Origin: Octopus vulgaris
Taxonomy: Eukaryota
Direction of reading: 5' to 3'
Assembly (NCBI GenBank): GCA_951406725.2
Contig: OX597831.1
Location: 62,806,001 to 62,870,000 of the forward strand
Length of the DNA: 64,000 nucleotides
The notes beneath the pieces are model-generated. The model was given only the letters and a program-made list of their open reading frames with translations, was not told where the DNA came from and ran no database searches. Position 1 is the stretch's first letter. Every line of letters begins with the position of its first letter. The position numbers were made by a program, and so were the translations under genes. Positions 28,011-42,748 of the stretch are shown one piece after another.

Positions 28011-28323
28011 GTTTGTTTTAGTTTGTTCCTTCTCGGGGCATGCCTGGCTCATAAGGGCCGGTTTCCCGGTTTCCTTGGCGTATAGGTTCCCCATCTGGAC
28101 GGGACGCCGGTCCGTCGCATGTGAGCTGCAAGATGCAGGAGGAAAGAGTGAGAGAAAGTTCTGGCGAAAGAGTCAACAGAAGTTCCCCATTACCTTCTGC
28201 CGGAGCCGTGTAGAGGTTAGGTGTTTTCGCTCATAAACACACAGGTTGCCTGGTCTGAGATTCGAACCCGCGATCCCTCGACCGCGAGTCCGCTGCTCTA
28301 ACCACTAGGCCATGCGGCTCCGC
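28011..28323 (-). mobile_element. SINE family A, tail type 1
   Basis: 13-bp TSD ggattatgaacgt at 27998-28010 and 28324-28336. Confidence 0.92.
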
Positions 28324-29174
28324 GGATTATGAACGTAGAGATGATTAAAGCAACCCCCGCATTTCCTTCTGTACGTCAATGATCTCTATCTATCTTGATA
28401 GGATATTTTAAGACTGCGTTTGAGCCATGGTCTCGTTTGTCTACTAGTTGTCTACTAGTCGTCTACTAGTTTTCTGTCACTGCTTAGTTTTTGACCTTAC
28501 TTCTCCGTTTCTTACTACAGTTGGCTGTGTGGGCGGTAAAATAATTTTTATATCTGAAAGTAAGGGTCAAACGAACAAAAACGGGAAGAAAAAGACAATT
28601 ATTCGCTGGAAAACACCGTCGATTTTCGTTTTGCAGAAATCAATGATGAAGAGATAAATACTAGCTGGAGCTGGATTGTTCATGTAAATTTTGTTCTTAG
28701 ATAATCACCTTCTGATTACAACAGGAACAAATATCTCGCAGCTATAAAGAAAACATTTTTAATTGTCTTTTCTACAGCTCAGTAAATATGAAATAGTTTT
28801 TAATGCTATAAGATGGTGAAATATAAGGATAACTAATGCAAAATATTACAGCCCATAAAATCGCAATTCACAACGGAATATCGCAGGAATTATGAAGTCG
28901 AATAATTTCTGTAAAACTTTAACAATAAAAGGCCTACTTACTGTATATGTAGATGTATCTCCACGTGTATGGAATCATATTCTTCTGAGACATTGCGTTT
29001 CTAGACTGCTTTTCTCCTGCAAGTCACCAAATGTGTTTGTTCTACACATAAATGTACTTCACGCGTTTTGCATTTTGATGTTTCTACTAAGATACTTTAT
29101 AGGAATATATGTATGTGTGTGCGTGTGTGTGTCTCTGTGTGTGTGTGTGTGTGCATGTGTGTTTGTGTATGTGT

Positions 29175-29900
29175 ATACAGGCTCATCCCATAAATAATGC
29201 AGTTTTTCAATTACATGAGCTAAAAGTCGGATGGGATAGACTACCTGCACCTACTAGCTATAAAAGAAGGTAGTAGTTTACCTTGTGTTTATTCCTAATG
29301 CATGTTTTGAAGAGTGCAGTTCGATTTTAACACTTATATTTTCAAAGCTATGATGGAACTGATAAAGGAGCATATTCGGCATATTTTGTTTTAAGAGTTC
29401 AATAAAGGCAACAACGCAATGGAAAGTGAGAGAAATATTAATGCAGTATATGGTGATCGGGCAATAACCGTAAGCCAGTGTCAACGTTGGTTCCAGAAAT
29501 TCCGAGCTAGAAGCTATTGCCTAGAAGACGAGCCTCGTCCTAGAAGATTTGTAGAGCTCGACGAGTGAGTCCTGCAAACACTGGTGGGGCAAAATGCCCA
29601 TCGTAACTGTTTAGGAACTAGCAGAGAAGCTTGGATTTGGTAATTCAACCATTTATTGACAACTTCGTGCCATCGGAAAATTCAGCAAATTGGGTCAATG
29701 TGTTCCTCACAAACTTTTTGAGTCACATTGCGCGCATGGAGTGGTCTTCTTTGCTGTCACGTCTCACAATTGAACCATATTATCATTTATTGCGCAGTCT
29801 TCAAAATCATTTGGACGGAAAAAATATGTGTACGCAAACAGTAAGTTACTCTAAAGACTATCACTACCATCTGCTAAAGTTGGTATATCGATAACTAGTA
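29175..29900 (+). pseudogene. Internally deleted mariner transposon
   Basis: MELIKEHIRHILF*EFNKGNNA...VYGD...CQRWFQKFR....LEDEPR (HTH domain) joined to YHLLRSLQNHLDGK (C-terminus); left end ta|caggctcatcccataaataatgc. Confidence 0.88.
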
Positions 29901-29910
29901 TGATACGGAA

Positions 29911-30150
<240 letters not shown>

Positions 30151-30815
30151 TCTATGTCAAAGTATGACCTTGAGTCACTCTGTTACTTCTGTTCTAATAT
30201 TAATAAAAATATACATATACTCATATTTCAAGCAATGTTTTGCCTGTTTGCTCATGGAGTTCATACAAATGCTTATTTTTGATGATTTCTTTTGTCTTTT
30301 TCATCAATTTGAATTCAAAATTCTGTTCATAATGTTTTCTCATGTTTAACTTGTTCTACTGATTCTAAATTAGAGTTCTTATATATTTACGACATACGTA
30401 TTTAACGTATTTTCTGAGATTTGGCCGATGCTGCAAAACAAGTGTATTTGATAATATATAGAATTGCATGGAAATAAATCCTAATCTGTACAAAATATTA
30501 AAATATTTTCTTACATTTTCAAAGCTTGAAATGTTAATTTATCATGTTACATATTGAATTAATTGGGCTTCTATATATATATATATTTTTTTTTTAACCG
30601 GCATGAGTGCAACGTCCTACAGCTTGAGAGCCCATATATACGTGTTTCTCTCTCTCCCTATCTCTCTTTCTCTCTCTCTCTCTCTCTCTCCCTCCTTCTA
30701 TGTATATACACACACACACATTTATATATATATATATTATTGATGAAATGAATGTAATTAATACGTATGTTACGAGTAGCTGTGTATGTATGTATGTATG
30801 TGTCAATACATGTCA

Positions 30816-30860
<45 letters not shown>

Positions 30861-30989
30861 CATATATATATATATATATATATATATAGGTATATATATA
30901 AATATATAGATATATATATATATATTGGTAAAAACGGTAAGATAACAAAAGAAAGAAAGAGACCTCAATATTATGTAAATAGAGGAAAT

Positions 30990-31152
30990 GTATCTATAAA
31001 ATAATATGTTACATTACTCAAAAGTCAAGATAAAACTCTGAGTTTCAGATGCCGAAGATAACCGAAAAGATGGTGTTGTGGATTTCCACTTCGGCATCTG
31101 AAACTCAGTGTTTTATCTTGACTATTGAGTAACGTACCATATTACTTTATAG

Positions 31153-31156
<4 letters not shown>
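30990..31156. mobile_element. Fold-back element (arms 30990-31057 and 31089-31156) with decayed HHR at 31057-31117 (+)
   Basis: gataa-CCGAAAA-gatg..gtgga/tccac..catct-GAAA-ctcagtg-TT^ttatc; the left arm keeps the intact ctcagag stem III. Confidence 0.7.
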
Positions 31157-31204
<48 letters not shown>

Positions 31205-31231
31205 GAAAAAAGCAACAAGAATGGATTAAAA

Positions 31232-31319
31232 TTTCGGTACAATTGTTTCGTACGAGGACATCTTTAATAAGCTACAAAAAATGCAGTAAATATAGATGGC
31301 TCGTACTCGTCAGTCGAAA
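31232..31319 (-). ncRNA. Type I hammerhead ribozyme motif
   Basis: tttcga-CTGACGA-gtacgag...ctcgtac-GAAA-caattg-TA^ccgaaa (first stem I pair mismatched). Confidence 0.82.
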
Positions 31320-32202
31320 AAAACACCAGAGATTCCCAAACATCAAAAGTGGTAGATACAAATGAGGGTGTAAGTTTAACTGCATTGAAGAAAGTTCGAT
31401 TCCTGGAGATTCGATGAAAGGTCTTGAACTTACAGAATTTGTGCATGTCTATATATATATTTACCGGTGACGTGTATTGACACATACATACATAAATACA
31501 TACACAGCTACTCGTAACATACGCATTAATTACATTCATTTCATCAATAATATGTGCTGCGACAATTCCGATATTGCAGAACATTTTGATGATCTTTTGA
31601 AACGCGTGCATGTTCTATACAACAGTGAATACAATATAGGTTTTCTGTATGCTATACAGATATATATGACTTAAAATCATTACTGAGCATTAGCCATAAA
31701 GGCACGTTACAAACATTGTGAGCTGAAAGCCGAGAAGTAGGGGTGAGATAAGTAATTAGAAAAAATTGATAGAAAACAGAGTGAAGTAAAAGAATAAAGA
31801 AAAATGGAAACAACACCAGCTAGCGAAACTTACAGAAAAAAGAGCAGTGGTTAAAAGGAAGAATGGAAAAAAGTGAAACAGCAGATTAATTCTATAAATG
31901 CAATAAAACTAGAAGGAATAGTCAAAGTGCACTTTCAACGACAGTAATTAGGTCGAATATCAAATGTCTTTTGTGTTATTAAAGGATTTGTTTCTAAAGA
32001 TGGAATGCAAATGAATCTATGAGCGCTGTTCAAAATCTAATGCCTAGTAAGAAACAGAATTATATATATATATTTATACAGTTATACACATCCATGAATA
32101 TACACATGCACACACATACAATCGCAGGTACATAGATATATACGTAACATACACACGCACGTACGTACGCACACACACATACATACGTATTTATATACAT
32201 AT

Positions 32203-32234
<32 letters not shown>

Positions 32235-32237
32235 TAA

Positions 32238-32437
32238 GGGCATTACTATACATAAATGCCTCACGCTAGGAGGAACTCTTAAAATCGAAACTACCATAAT
32301 AAATAGACACGTTGTACCGAACTCGAGGGAATGCAACTCTCGAAGCGAGCATTTTAAAAACAGGATCCCGAATTATTATGGAAGTTTTGACTTTAAAAGT
32401 CTCTCCTAGTGTGAGGTATTTATGTATAGTAATGCCC
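32238..32437. mobile_element. 200-bp MITE with TTAA TSD and GGG...CCC termini (Kolobok-like)
   Basis: TTAA|gggcattactatacataaatgcctcacgctaggag ... ctcctagtgtgaggtatttatgtatagtaatgccc|TTAA. Confidence 0.85.
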
Positions 32438-32766
32438 TTAATATAAATAAATATATTTAAGAGGAATAATTCACGGATTTTTTCCTTATGTGGTTTTTCA
32501 CGCTAACTACTTAGATTTTATCCTATTTTTCAAATATATATATATATATATTTATATATTTATATATATACATGTTGGTCAATTAATTCCGGATTTATTT
32601 GACCAATATGGATCTATATCAACTTCTTCTTGGGGGTGATGGTTAAAAGGGGTCAACGCATATATATTCGTACATGTTTGTGTGAGTGTGCATACGTATT
32701 AATGTATTCGCGCATGTACATGTATGTGTATATATGCGTATATACGTATATGCGTGTGTCTCTGTG

Positions 32767-32815
<49 letters not shown>

Positions 32816-33487
32816 ACGTACGGATACATATTTTTATGCGTGGATATGTATGCGTGAGTACTTACATATATACAATTTTTCTTAACTTTATATCTTATAA
32901 AGAAATATTCCATTGTTTAATAACTATGAACTTATTAAAATTTAAATTTTCTCTATCATCTCTATTTAATTTGTTCGTTTATTGTTCTAAATTTATTTAC
33001 CTACTCCTTCTTATCGTTAATCAACCTGCAAACCCCTTGTCTGAATATATAACAATACAAATCATAAACAACATTTAGTCTGCTATAACGAATATATTTA
33101 CGCACCCAAGGTTATATTTTTTCCTTCTGTAGATATTATCCTCAGGTCATATGAATTTAATATTTTCTTGATATTTACTGAGTGTTAATTGAAACAGATG
33201 TAAGGGATGATCATTAATTTGTTGTTAATAATAAACAATCATTAACTTACTAATCTCCATATATATTAGTCCTCATGAGACAACACACACACTTTCATAA
33301 ATACATTGATGCTATTAGATGACACCATACGGAATGCAATTTCTATTGTACTATTTTTATCATTTTATTATTTGATGGTTTGACAGAAGCACCAGAACGG
33401 TTAAAACAGTCACCCAGTATTACCACCATGTGGGTTTGGAATCTTGCTGCTATAGTTTGTTTTTCATCCTTTAATGAACGATAAATG

Positions 33488-33790
33488 TGGAGACACATGG
33501 CCTAGTGGTTACAGCAGTGGACTCGCGGTCGAGGGATCGCTGGTTCGAATCTCAGACCGGGCGATGTGTATGTTTATGAGCGAAACACCTAAGCTTCACG
33601 CGGCTCCGGCAGAAGGTAATGGCGAAACTTCTACTGACTCTTTCGCCACAACTTTCTCTCACTCTTTCCTCCTGCATCTTGCAGCTCACCTGCGATGGAC
33701 CGACATCCCGTCCAGGTGGGGGACCTATACGTCAAGGAAACCGGGAAACCGGCCCTTATGATCCAGGCATGGCTCGAAAAGGATCAGACA
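33488..33790 (+). mobile_element. SINE family A, tail type 1
   Basis: 15-bp TSD aatga(a/t)cgataaatg at 33473-33487 and 33791-33805. Confidence 0.92.
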
Positions 33791-34980
33791 AATGATCGAT
33801 AAATGAGGAACACCAATATATTTAATTGTCTTTATCGTTCCGCAGAATTTCTAGTTGTTTGCCACAGTTATGAATTAATATTTCAGTTAAATGTTAACCA
33901 TATATGTGTAAGGAAGCGTTTAGGCGATTATCTTACCTAGTGCATAACTGATGCTACATTCTATCAACGTTGGTGAAATAAATTCCAAAGTAGAATTGAA
34001 CACCATATTCCATCATAACATTGATGAGTGACGGAAAATGCTATCCTGTATTTACTCTGTCACTTTTGCATTTCTCTCTTCATTGTTTCGTTGATGATCT
34101 GAATCTCCAACTACTTCACACTGTTTTCATCGAGGATGAATTAATTAGACTGGAATCTTGACGCTTAGTGAATCAAAATTCTATGTTCGCTTATATATGT
34201 GTGTGTGTGTGTTTGTATGTATGTATGTATGTATGTATGTATGTATGTATGTATGTATGTATGTATGTATGTATATATATATATATATATACATATATGT
34301 ATATATATATGCAATTTAACATAAAATATAAATTACTAAGTAGACAAGAACACAAGGAGACGACACAAAAAAACGACAGGTCACTCGAAGCCTCTGATCC
34401 TCAGTCGGGAACCGGATCATCTTAGTGATTTCGGCTGTTTAATCTCGATATCACTCCGAAACGGCCAGCCCCAAGGACACTCCAAGCCACAGGCATTGGA
34501 CTCCCTGGCCAGAGGGCCGAATGTACACGGAACAAGGACAGGATGCCACACGAATGTAAAAACAAGAAACAAAAATATATATAAAACAGAAATAAAAAAC
34601 ACGAAGGTGGACAGCACAAAGGACAGAAGCGTCATACGACTTTAGACAATTATTAACTTATCTGGCGGCGTAAATGAAAAAGGCCTTCAACGGCTCAAAC
34701 GAAGACAACATGGCTGCGGTCAGGCCGAAGTGGCGGTTTGAACGCAGTCACGTGAGAGGACGGAAGAAAGAGAAAGAAAAAGGAAGGCAGGGAGCAAGGA
34801 ATCAAAGAGAGAGGGGAAGAAAGGGACGAAGGCAATAGGGGGGAGAGAGAGAGAGAAGGGAGTACTAAGGGAGGGGAGAAGAAACAGGATTCGAGAAAAG
34901 AGAAAGACACATACTATAGAGAGAGTGTGTAAAGACGTCGTACAAGGTGAGGATGTGTGATATACATAGGAGTTGGGTAC

Positions 34981-35021
<41 letters not shown>

Positions 35022-35031
35022 TATGTATGTA

Positions 35032-35078
<47 letters not shown>

Positions 35079-35238
35079 TACATATGTATATACATATATA
35101 TATTGAGAGAGAGAGAGAGGGGGAGATAACAAACATAGGCACATATGCCCAGATAAGACACAAATTCTATTTAGTGTGTGTATTATTTCATTACCCAATA
35201 GGATTGCTGGCAAGCAATATTTAATATCTACGAACAAC

Positions 35239-35284
<46 letters not shown>

Positions 35285-37860
35285 GAACGTCGCACAGTAT
35301 ACAATATGGTGAGGCTGTTGATTTAATATATTGTGTCTCCCGGGCGTTTGTATTGTTTGTCAAGTCACAACAAGGACCTCAGACAAGCAGTACTTTAAGG
35401 AATGTTTGAGCAGTTCCAAGCAATGCAGACATTTGCAATACATCTAGATTGTAGGGTAACTCTAAGGTTTTCAGATGTTCTTTTTTTCCAGATTGGGTGG
35501 TATTGAACCCAATACTCCGATGTAAATAGGGATCACCTTCATGTTCGACTCCCGTAGATGCCACATCTTAGCGATCTCAATTCTCAGTTCTCCATATTTA
35601 TCAACTTTTTCTCTTTTATTTATGATGATAATCGACTGCTACGTCGATTATTAGGCACTCTCATTTTTAACCTAAAAGATATAGTAACCTAAAGATTACT
35701 ATATCCGGCCTTCAGCGTCCTAACACTTTGTCTGTCTGGGAATCAAAGTCCCAGAGGATGTTTGCCTTCCCCTTTTCGTCCATTACATTTTCCGGTGTGC
35801 GTTGGTACCAAGCACCTGTAACCTCATATCCAAACTTACGGCATAGTAGCCAGTGGATGATTTGGGCTACCTTGTCGTGTCTATGCTTATAATGTTTCTG
35901 CACAACACTTTCCCAGCCACTAACAAGGTGAGTCACACTTTCGACCCTCTTCCCACACATTCTACAGCGGTCCAATGCATTTTTATGGTATATATTGTTT
36001 TTCACTGAGTTTGTATTCAATGCCTGGTCCTGGGCGGCGTTGATTAGGCTTTCAGTATTATTTTTTTTTTTGGTCATCCTTCAGGAGCCACATCCATGAT
36101 GCTTCCTCCTGGTCTTATAATTTGTTGATTTCGTGGTGGAACTGACCATGTAACTCCATACGGAGTATGGTTTCTTCTCTCTCGTTGGCTGTTCTTGTTC
36201 GGAATTCATGAGCACACTTTTGTGTTAACTCCTCGAAGACTAGCAGCATATGGTAGCAGGTCTTCTTTGCTGTTTAGCAAATACCATATATTTGTCATGC
36301 AGAGATTTCTTGTTCCCACCTATCTGCCAATTGCTTATATGGTTTTTTTTCCCCTTTGCCTTTGATTTCACCTTCTTTTGCAACAACGGTTGCCGCATTC
36401 CCTCCATGCTGTTCAACCTGGTATTATCCATGAACGAAAAAAAAATATTTGCTCTCCTTCATGATAGAATGTAGATTCTTATGCCTCTAACGATGTTCAA
36501 CACGTTTTAGCATCTAGTCTTTTGATGCTTTAAGATATTTGGTGCTTTTGTGAGAGATTTCAACATGGATCCAGCCTCGACCTCCTTGGGCTCTGAAAAA
36601 ATGAAGACGATCTGCGTCTGCTTTCTGATGGTGCATCTTATTGCAAGGCAGCAGCCTACGGATTTTCAAGTCAATTTTCTTTATTTCGCTGAAATTCCAG
36701 TTTAACATATTAAAGCAATAAATAACAACTGGAACTCCTAAGGAATTTATGGCTAACACCTTGTTACGTGCATTTAACTCAGATTCCAGGACTGCTCTCC
36801 TGTAACATTTCCACCAGATCCTCTTTTTCATGCTTGCATGCTAAATGTCAGAGCCCTCATTTAATCCGACGTATTTGTAAGTTTGTTACTGCTCAAGTTC
36901 TTTTATGTGTCATCAAACACGACTGAATTTGAGGTCTTTCATTCTCTTTGCCACATTTAGCAAGTCCAAACTCCATCCTAACGACATTCCTGAATACTTT
37001 CACTGTATGTAATAGGCCTTGAAGCTCATTTTTGTATTTGCCATAGAGATTTAAATCATCCATATAAAATAGATGCTTTATGTTCTTATTGTCCGTTTTA
37101 TACCCGTACCCTGTTCTGTTAAATTCACATGTAAGGGGTATTAGGGCTATGTAAAAAAATACAAGTGAAATTGAGTCACCATGGGAAAGTTCACAGCTGA
37201 TGTTAATATTGACTGAAGTCAGTATTCCATTAGAGTGGCATGATTGGAGATTCGTATTCCACACTGACATGTTATGCTTCAGGAAGTTTGAAAATACAGG
37301 AGACATTTTGAAAATATCCACGTATTCCATAATCCATGAATGCGATATGCTGTTAAAGGTATTTTTATAAGGAATCCACGCGGAATTGAGATTTTAGCGT
37401 TTGTTATTACAGTTCCCAAGGATCATGAGATTGATTAGGAATTGATCGTTGCATACATTTGAGCCTCTTCAACACCGTTTTTGTTCAGTGGCGAAAATAT
37501 CGTTCTGTTCCATAAATGAATATGCTTTCTCCACGTGGATGTATGTTAAAATGTTATAAGTATTAAATGAACAGGTTACGGGTTCATAGTTTTTGGAAAT
37601 TTGATTTTAATATTCTTAGGAAGTATGTAATTAATACCACTTGCTCACCAATCAGTAGATTTCTTAGGGTCACTCATAATTTCATTGAACAGCTGAACTA
37701 ACTTTTCATGTGTGCGCAGGAATGAAGCGAGCCAGAAATTTGGCACGTTATCTTTACCAAGGGATTTCCACCTAAGAGCCTTATTGAGTGTCATGCTTAT
37801 GTCTCCTATTGTAATGTCTTCCTATGCGTGTTCTGCTAAAATTTGGTAGGGATTTTCTAT
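35285..37860 (-). pseudogene. Decayed Dong/R4-clade non-LTR retrotransposon (RT plus zinc knuckle plus RLE), apparently chimeric
   Basis: HLFYMDDL, MEFGLAKC, RAQGGRG, AAQDQAL, CRMC...H..SG, RHDKVA..IHW, ILWDF. The 3' end abuts (TAA)n. Confidence 0.92.
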
Positions 37861-37908
37861 GCACCGAATCTAGTTGGCAGTTTCATTGAATGTCTATTCA
37901 CTCCAAAT

Positions 37909-38729
<821 letters not shown>

Positions 38730-38731
<2 letters not shown>

Positions 38732-39416
38732 TAGTCTTGTTTTTATCATATGCTTTCACTACACTACTGAACGAAGCTCTGTATACCTTGGTTATGTGCT
38801 GTGGTTTGTTACGATGCCCTTACTTTTACTGTATTGAAAATGGTTTACGTAGAAAGTGTACGGTACCTAGTATTGCCAGCTTCTGTATGTTATATATACT
38901 TGCTATTCCTGGTGTCTTTGTTATGTATTTGTCTGAATATATTTTATCATACCTAATGCGCCTATAATGATAGAAATTGTTTCTGCTTTTAGACTCTGCA
39001 TTCGAGTTACATCTATTTCCAGATATTTGTATTTTGAAACTTTCTCCATTTCTTATATAGAAGCATTGTCATATGTTGGTATTGACACATCAATTAGAAA
39101 GCAATGTTTTTCTTAATGATCTCTGACAACTATATCCGGCCTATTGACCATAATGTCTCTATTTTATGTTTTAGAATATCGCAGTGTATGGTTGCTTTCT
39201 CATTTTCTTTGACCTTTTCTGGTGTGTGCCTATACCATCTTTTTCTGTTGATACTCCTACGTGTTGACACAGTCTCCAGCGTATATTAGAAGGCAGTGAT
39301 ACATACATAAACATCATAATTAATGGATACTTAAAAGAACAACAAGTTTATCAACAAGCAGCACGAAGCTGTGGCAAGTAGTTCCACAAGATGAACAAGC
39401 AATATGAAACAGACTA

Positions 39417-39461
<45 letters not shown>

Positions 39462-40620
39462 ACAACCCAAGTAGAAATGCCAAAGTTAAACGAATGAAGA
39501 AAAGTCGATCAATTCAAAGTGGTCTTAGAAAATGCACAAAATATATATCCAGACAATAAGCAGATGTGATCTCTAGCTTTGTAAGTCTTCTGCTGTGGTT
39601 GATTTATGCGTGTAATACAAGATGCAGCAGAATACATTAAATAGTATTGCTCTGTCAGTGAAAATGTAAACAATGTAGTCAACTAACCCCGGCCTCCCCT
39701 ACAAGGATAAGACGCATGCTTGTCTGTCTCCTGTAAAAGCTTGTTTCTCCAGCGTTGAGCACATCACATTCTTGTGGCTAAACAGCACTAACTGTTTTGA
39801 CTATCATATGTTTCTTACCAAATTTGAAGCTCCGTAAATCCCAAATTTTATATAATTTGCTTTGCGGGAGAAACTGCTTTGACGAAGACGCATCCATTTG
39901 TAATGCTTGCAAGCTCGTAATGCCTTACTGGATTTTACCTAGAGAAACGAACCCTGAGGAAGGAAATGTTTTCTAAGCTAAGCTGAGCTAAATGTATTTA
40001 TACAGTGAGTTAAATTTGGACTATTTAACACAACACAACACGTAATATATAGGGTTGACTGTGGCCTGGGAGCGAGGGACAGTCACCCCAACTCCAATCA
40101 GATCTCGATCTGATCGTCGTGGTCCCAAATCTACTATGTCTGTGAATATAATCCTCCTTAGCCAGGAGTGGGCAGCCAGAGACAATATGATTTATTGTTT
40201 CATCTCCCTCTTCACATATTCTGCAATTACTTGTATTTCTTTTCATTATATGTTTTTCGTAATCTCTGGTGGGAAGGCTTTGATCTTATGCTGCAATTAA
40301 AAATCCCTCACTCTCTGCTTTGAGTCCTGAGCTTCTCAGACATTCTGGCGATTTTGCTTTCTCTATTTCTTTTCTGTTTAATTTCATCCAGTATTTGCCC
40401 TGAAGGGACTTTTCTTGACATCCTTTTATCCTGACCGGTTGCTCTTCCAGTTTTAGTTTGGATTTCAGTTGTTTTACAGCTTTTGTTGCTTCTTCTTTTT
40501 CTTCATAGTTGTTTGGGTTTTTATTTGTCAGCTTCCTTAAAAAGTGGCAACTATATCCGGTCCATTGGCCTTAATTTTCCTATCTTTGTGTATTACCATA
40601 TCTCTTCAGTTGTTATAGGG
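38730..40620 (-). pseudogene. Second Dong/R4-type element 3' portion, split by an insertion at about 39245-40115
   Basis: CRICEEGDETINHIVSGCPLLAKEDYIHRH at 40.1-40.25 kb; WYRHTPEKV, RPDI and EKVSKYKYLEI..IIIGALG at 38.9-39.24 kb; 3' end on (TAA)n. Confidence 0.85.
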
Positions 40621-40749
40621 GTCCAGCATTCTCAACTGAAGAAATAGTCAAAACTAAAAAACAAAGCCTCACCAACCCTCAAAATTAAGACATTATGGCT
40701 AATTCAGCTCGAGGGGTTGTTGAAATAAAGTTAGTGGAGATGTCACCAA

Positions 40750-40935
40750 ATATGGAGATGCCGTAGTATTAATTTTCTTCCGGCTTTATGCTTTGAGTTC
40801 GAATTCAGCTGAGGTCGAAATGGCCTTCATCTCTTCAGGGTCAATAAATTAAGTAGTAGTTGAGCACTGGAGTCGACATATTCGGCTACCCACTTCCCTA
40901 AAATTTCAGATCTCCTGCCTATAGCAGAAAAATTC
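40750..40935 (+). mobile_element. Old family-C SINE
   Basis: gagttcgaattc..gaggtcga..ccttcatc..gggtcaataaattaagta. Confidence 0.7.
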
Positions 40936-41084
40936 TTTTTTACTAAGGCGATATTTCCGAAACTAAGGAATTGTTCTGAATAGTGGTAGAGTTACTTCCA
41001 AACATCAGATTGAGTTTCTTTCTTTTCTTTCTTTATTTACAGTTGAAAATCCAGCAGCAACAGCAGGGGCAATAGTGTTGGTAG

Positions 41085-41085
41085 C

Positions 41086-41153
<68 letters not shown>
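41085..41153. repeat. (GTA)n microsatellite
   Basis: Directly visible. Confidence 0.95.
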
Positions 41154-41155
<2 letters not shown>

Positions 41156-41794
41156 TACCACTCTCTGGAAGACGGTTAAATGAAATTTAAATTTGAAAAG
41201 AATTACCGACACACCCTCAGTCCGTTCGATGCAACTAGTTAAAATGACAACACATCAATAAATGGGCGATAAGTAGAATAAAGAGTACAGTTATGGCATA
41301 AATGCCATACTGTATTCTGTTAATTTATTTACCTGTGTTCGTTTTATTTCGTTCTTCGATATTCTTCCGACATGGTGTATTTTGCTTTCATCAGTTCGAG
41401 GTCACCTGCAATAGATGTTTATTTTTGCACTATTGTAATGAGTCAATAAGAATTATGAACCGATATAATAAATTTTTTTTAATGAAACCAAAAGTAATCT
41501 ATGGGAAATTAAAAAATGTTATTTCAATGACCTAACATTTTATGACACGAGACTAACAAGATCATCATCATTGAGAAACTCAAGTTGCTACGGACTGTAT
41601 GATAAAAAGCTTATAAAAAACTAATTATACGAAAACTTTTCTATTTGAAATTTCTTTTTATAAATTCATATATGAATTTGCTTTGAAGATCTGAGCAGTG
41701 AATTCATTCTTAATAATCTTTAGAAACATAATTTTTGAAATTGTCCCAATCGAAGAGAATGAATAAAAATTTACAGAGAATATTGATTTTGAAT

Positions 41795-41976
41795 TTTAGG
41801 ATAGGCATTTTCGAGGCGTAGACAACTGGATTACATCGGCCCCAGTGCTCCACTGGTAGGTACTTATTTTATCCACCCCCAAAAGATAAAAGGCAAAGTT
41901 GACCTCGATGGAATTTAAACTCAGAACGCTCAACGTTTTGCCCGGCATGTTAACGACCATATCAGCTCATCGCCTT
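41795..41976 (-). mobile_element. Family-C SINE (older copy)
   Basis: Core homology to family C. Confidence 0.75.
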
Positions 41977-41992
41977 AAATAACCAGAATATT

Positions 41993-42748
41993 CCTTCCCA
42001 TTCTAGGCATAAGGCCCGAGATTTATTGGAAGGAAGCCCGATCCCTGTACGCAAATGGTTCTTAATTTATCGACACCAATTAATCGATGAAAAGCAAAGT
42101 TGACCTCGGCGGAATTTGAATTCAGAACGTAGCGGCAGACGAAATACCTATTTCTTTACTACCCACAAGGAGATAAACACAAAGCGGACAAACAAGGACA
42201 GACAAACGGATTAAATCGATTATATCGACCCCAGTGCGTAACTGGTACTTAATTTATCGACCCCGAAAGGATGAAAGGCAAAGTCGATCTCGGCGGAATT
42301 TGAACTCCGAACGTAGCGGCAAACGAAATACCTATTTCTTTACTACCCACAAGGAGATAAACACAGAGAGGACAAACAAGGACAGACAAACGGATTAAAT
42401 CGATTATATCGACCCCAGTGCGTAACTGGTACTTATTCAACCGCTGCCGAAAGGATGAAAGGCAAAGTTGACCTCGGCGGAATTTGAACTCAGAACGTAG
42501 CGGCAAACGAAATACCTATTTCTTTACTACCCACAAGAAGCTAAACACAGAGAGGACAAACAAGGACAGACAAACGGATTAAATCGATTATATCGACCAC
42601 AGTGCGTAACTGGTACTTAATTTATCGACCCCGAATGGATGAAAGGCAAAGTCGACCTCGGCGGAATTTGAACTCCGAACGTAGCGGCGGCAGAAATACC
42701 ACAAAGCATTTCGCCCGGCGTGCTAACGTTCCTGCCTGCTCGCCGCCT
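41993..42748 (-). mobile_element. Family-C SINE with internal 184-bp tandem array
   Basis: gaaatacc at 42141, 42325, 42509 and 42693; single tRNA head; flanking direct repeat aaataaccagaatatt. Confidence 0.9.

Larger units (their letters stand above)
30735..31553. repeat. Outer inverted repeat (arms about 30735-30817 and 31466-31553)
   Basis: tattattgatgaaatgaatgtaattaat..gtcacc versus ggtgac..attaattacattcatttcatcaataatat. Confidence 0.85.

Noticed and set aside
41043-41180. Strong acceptor followed by a hydrophobic poly-Val frame
   Set aside because: The hydrophobic run is a (GTA)n microsatellite; no other support for an exon.
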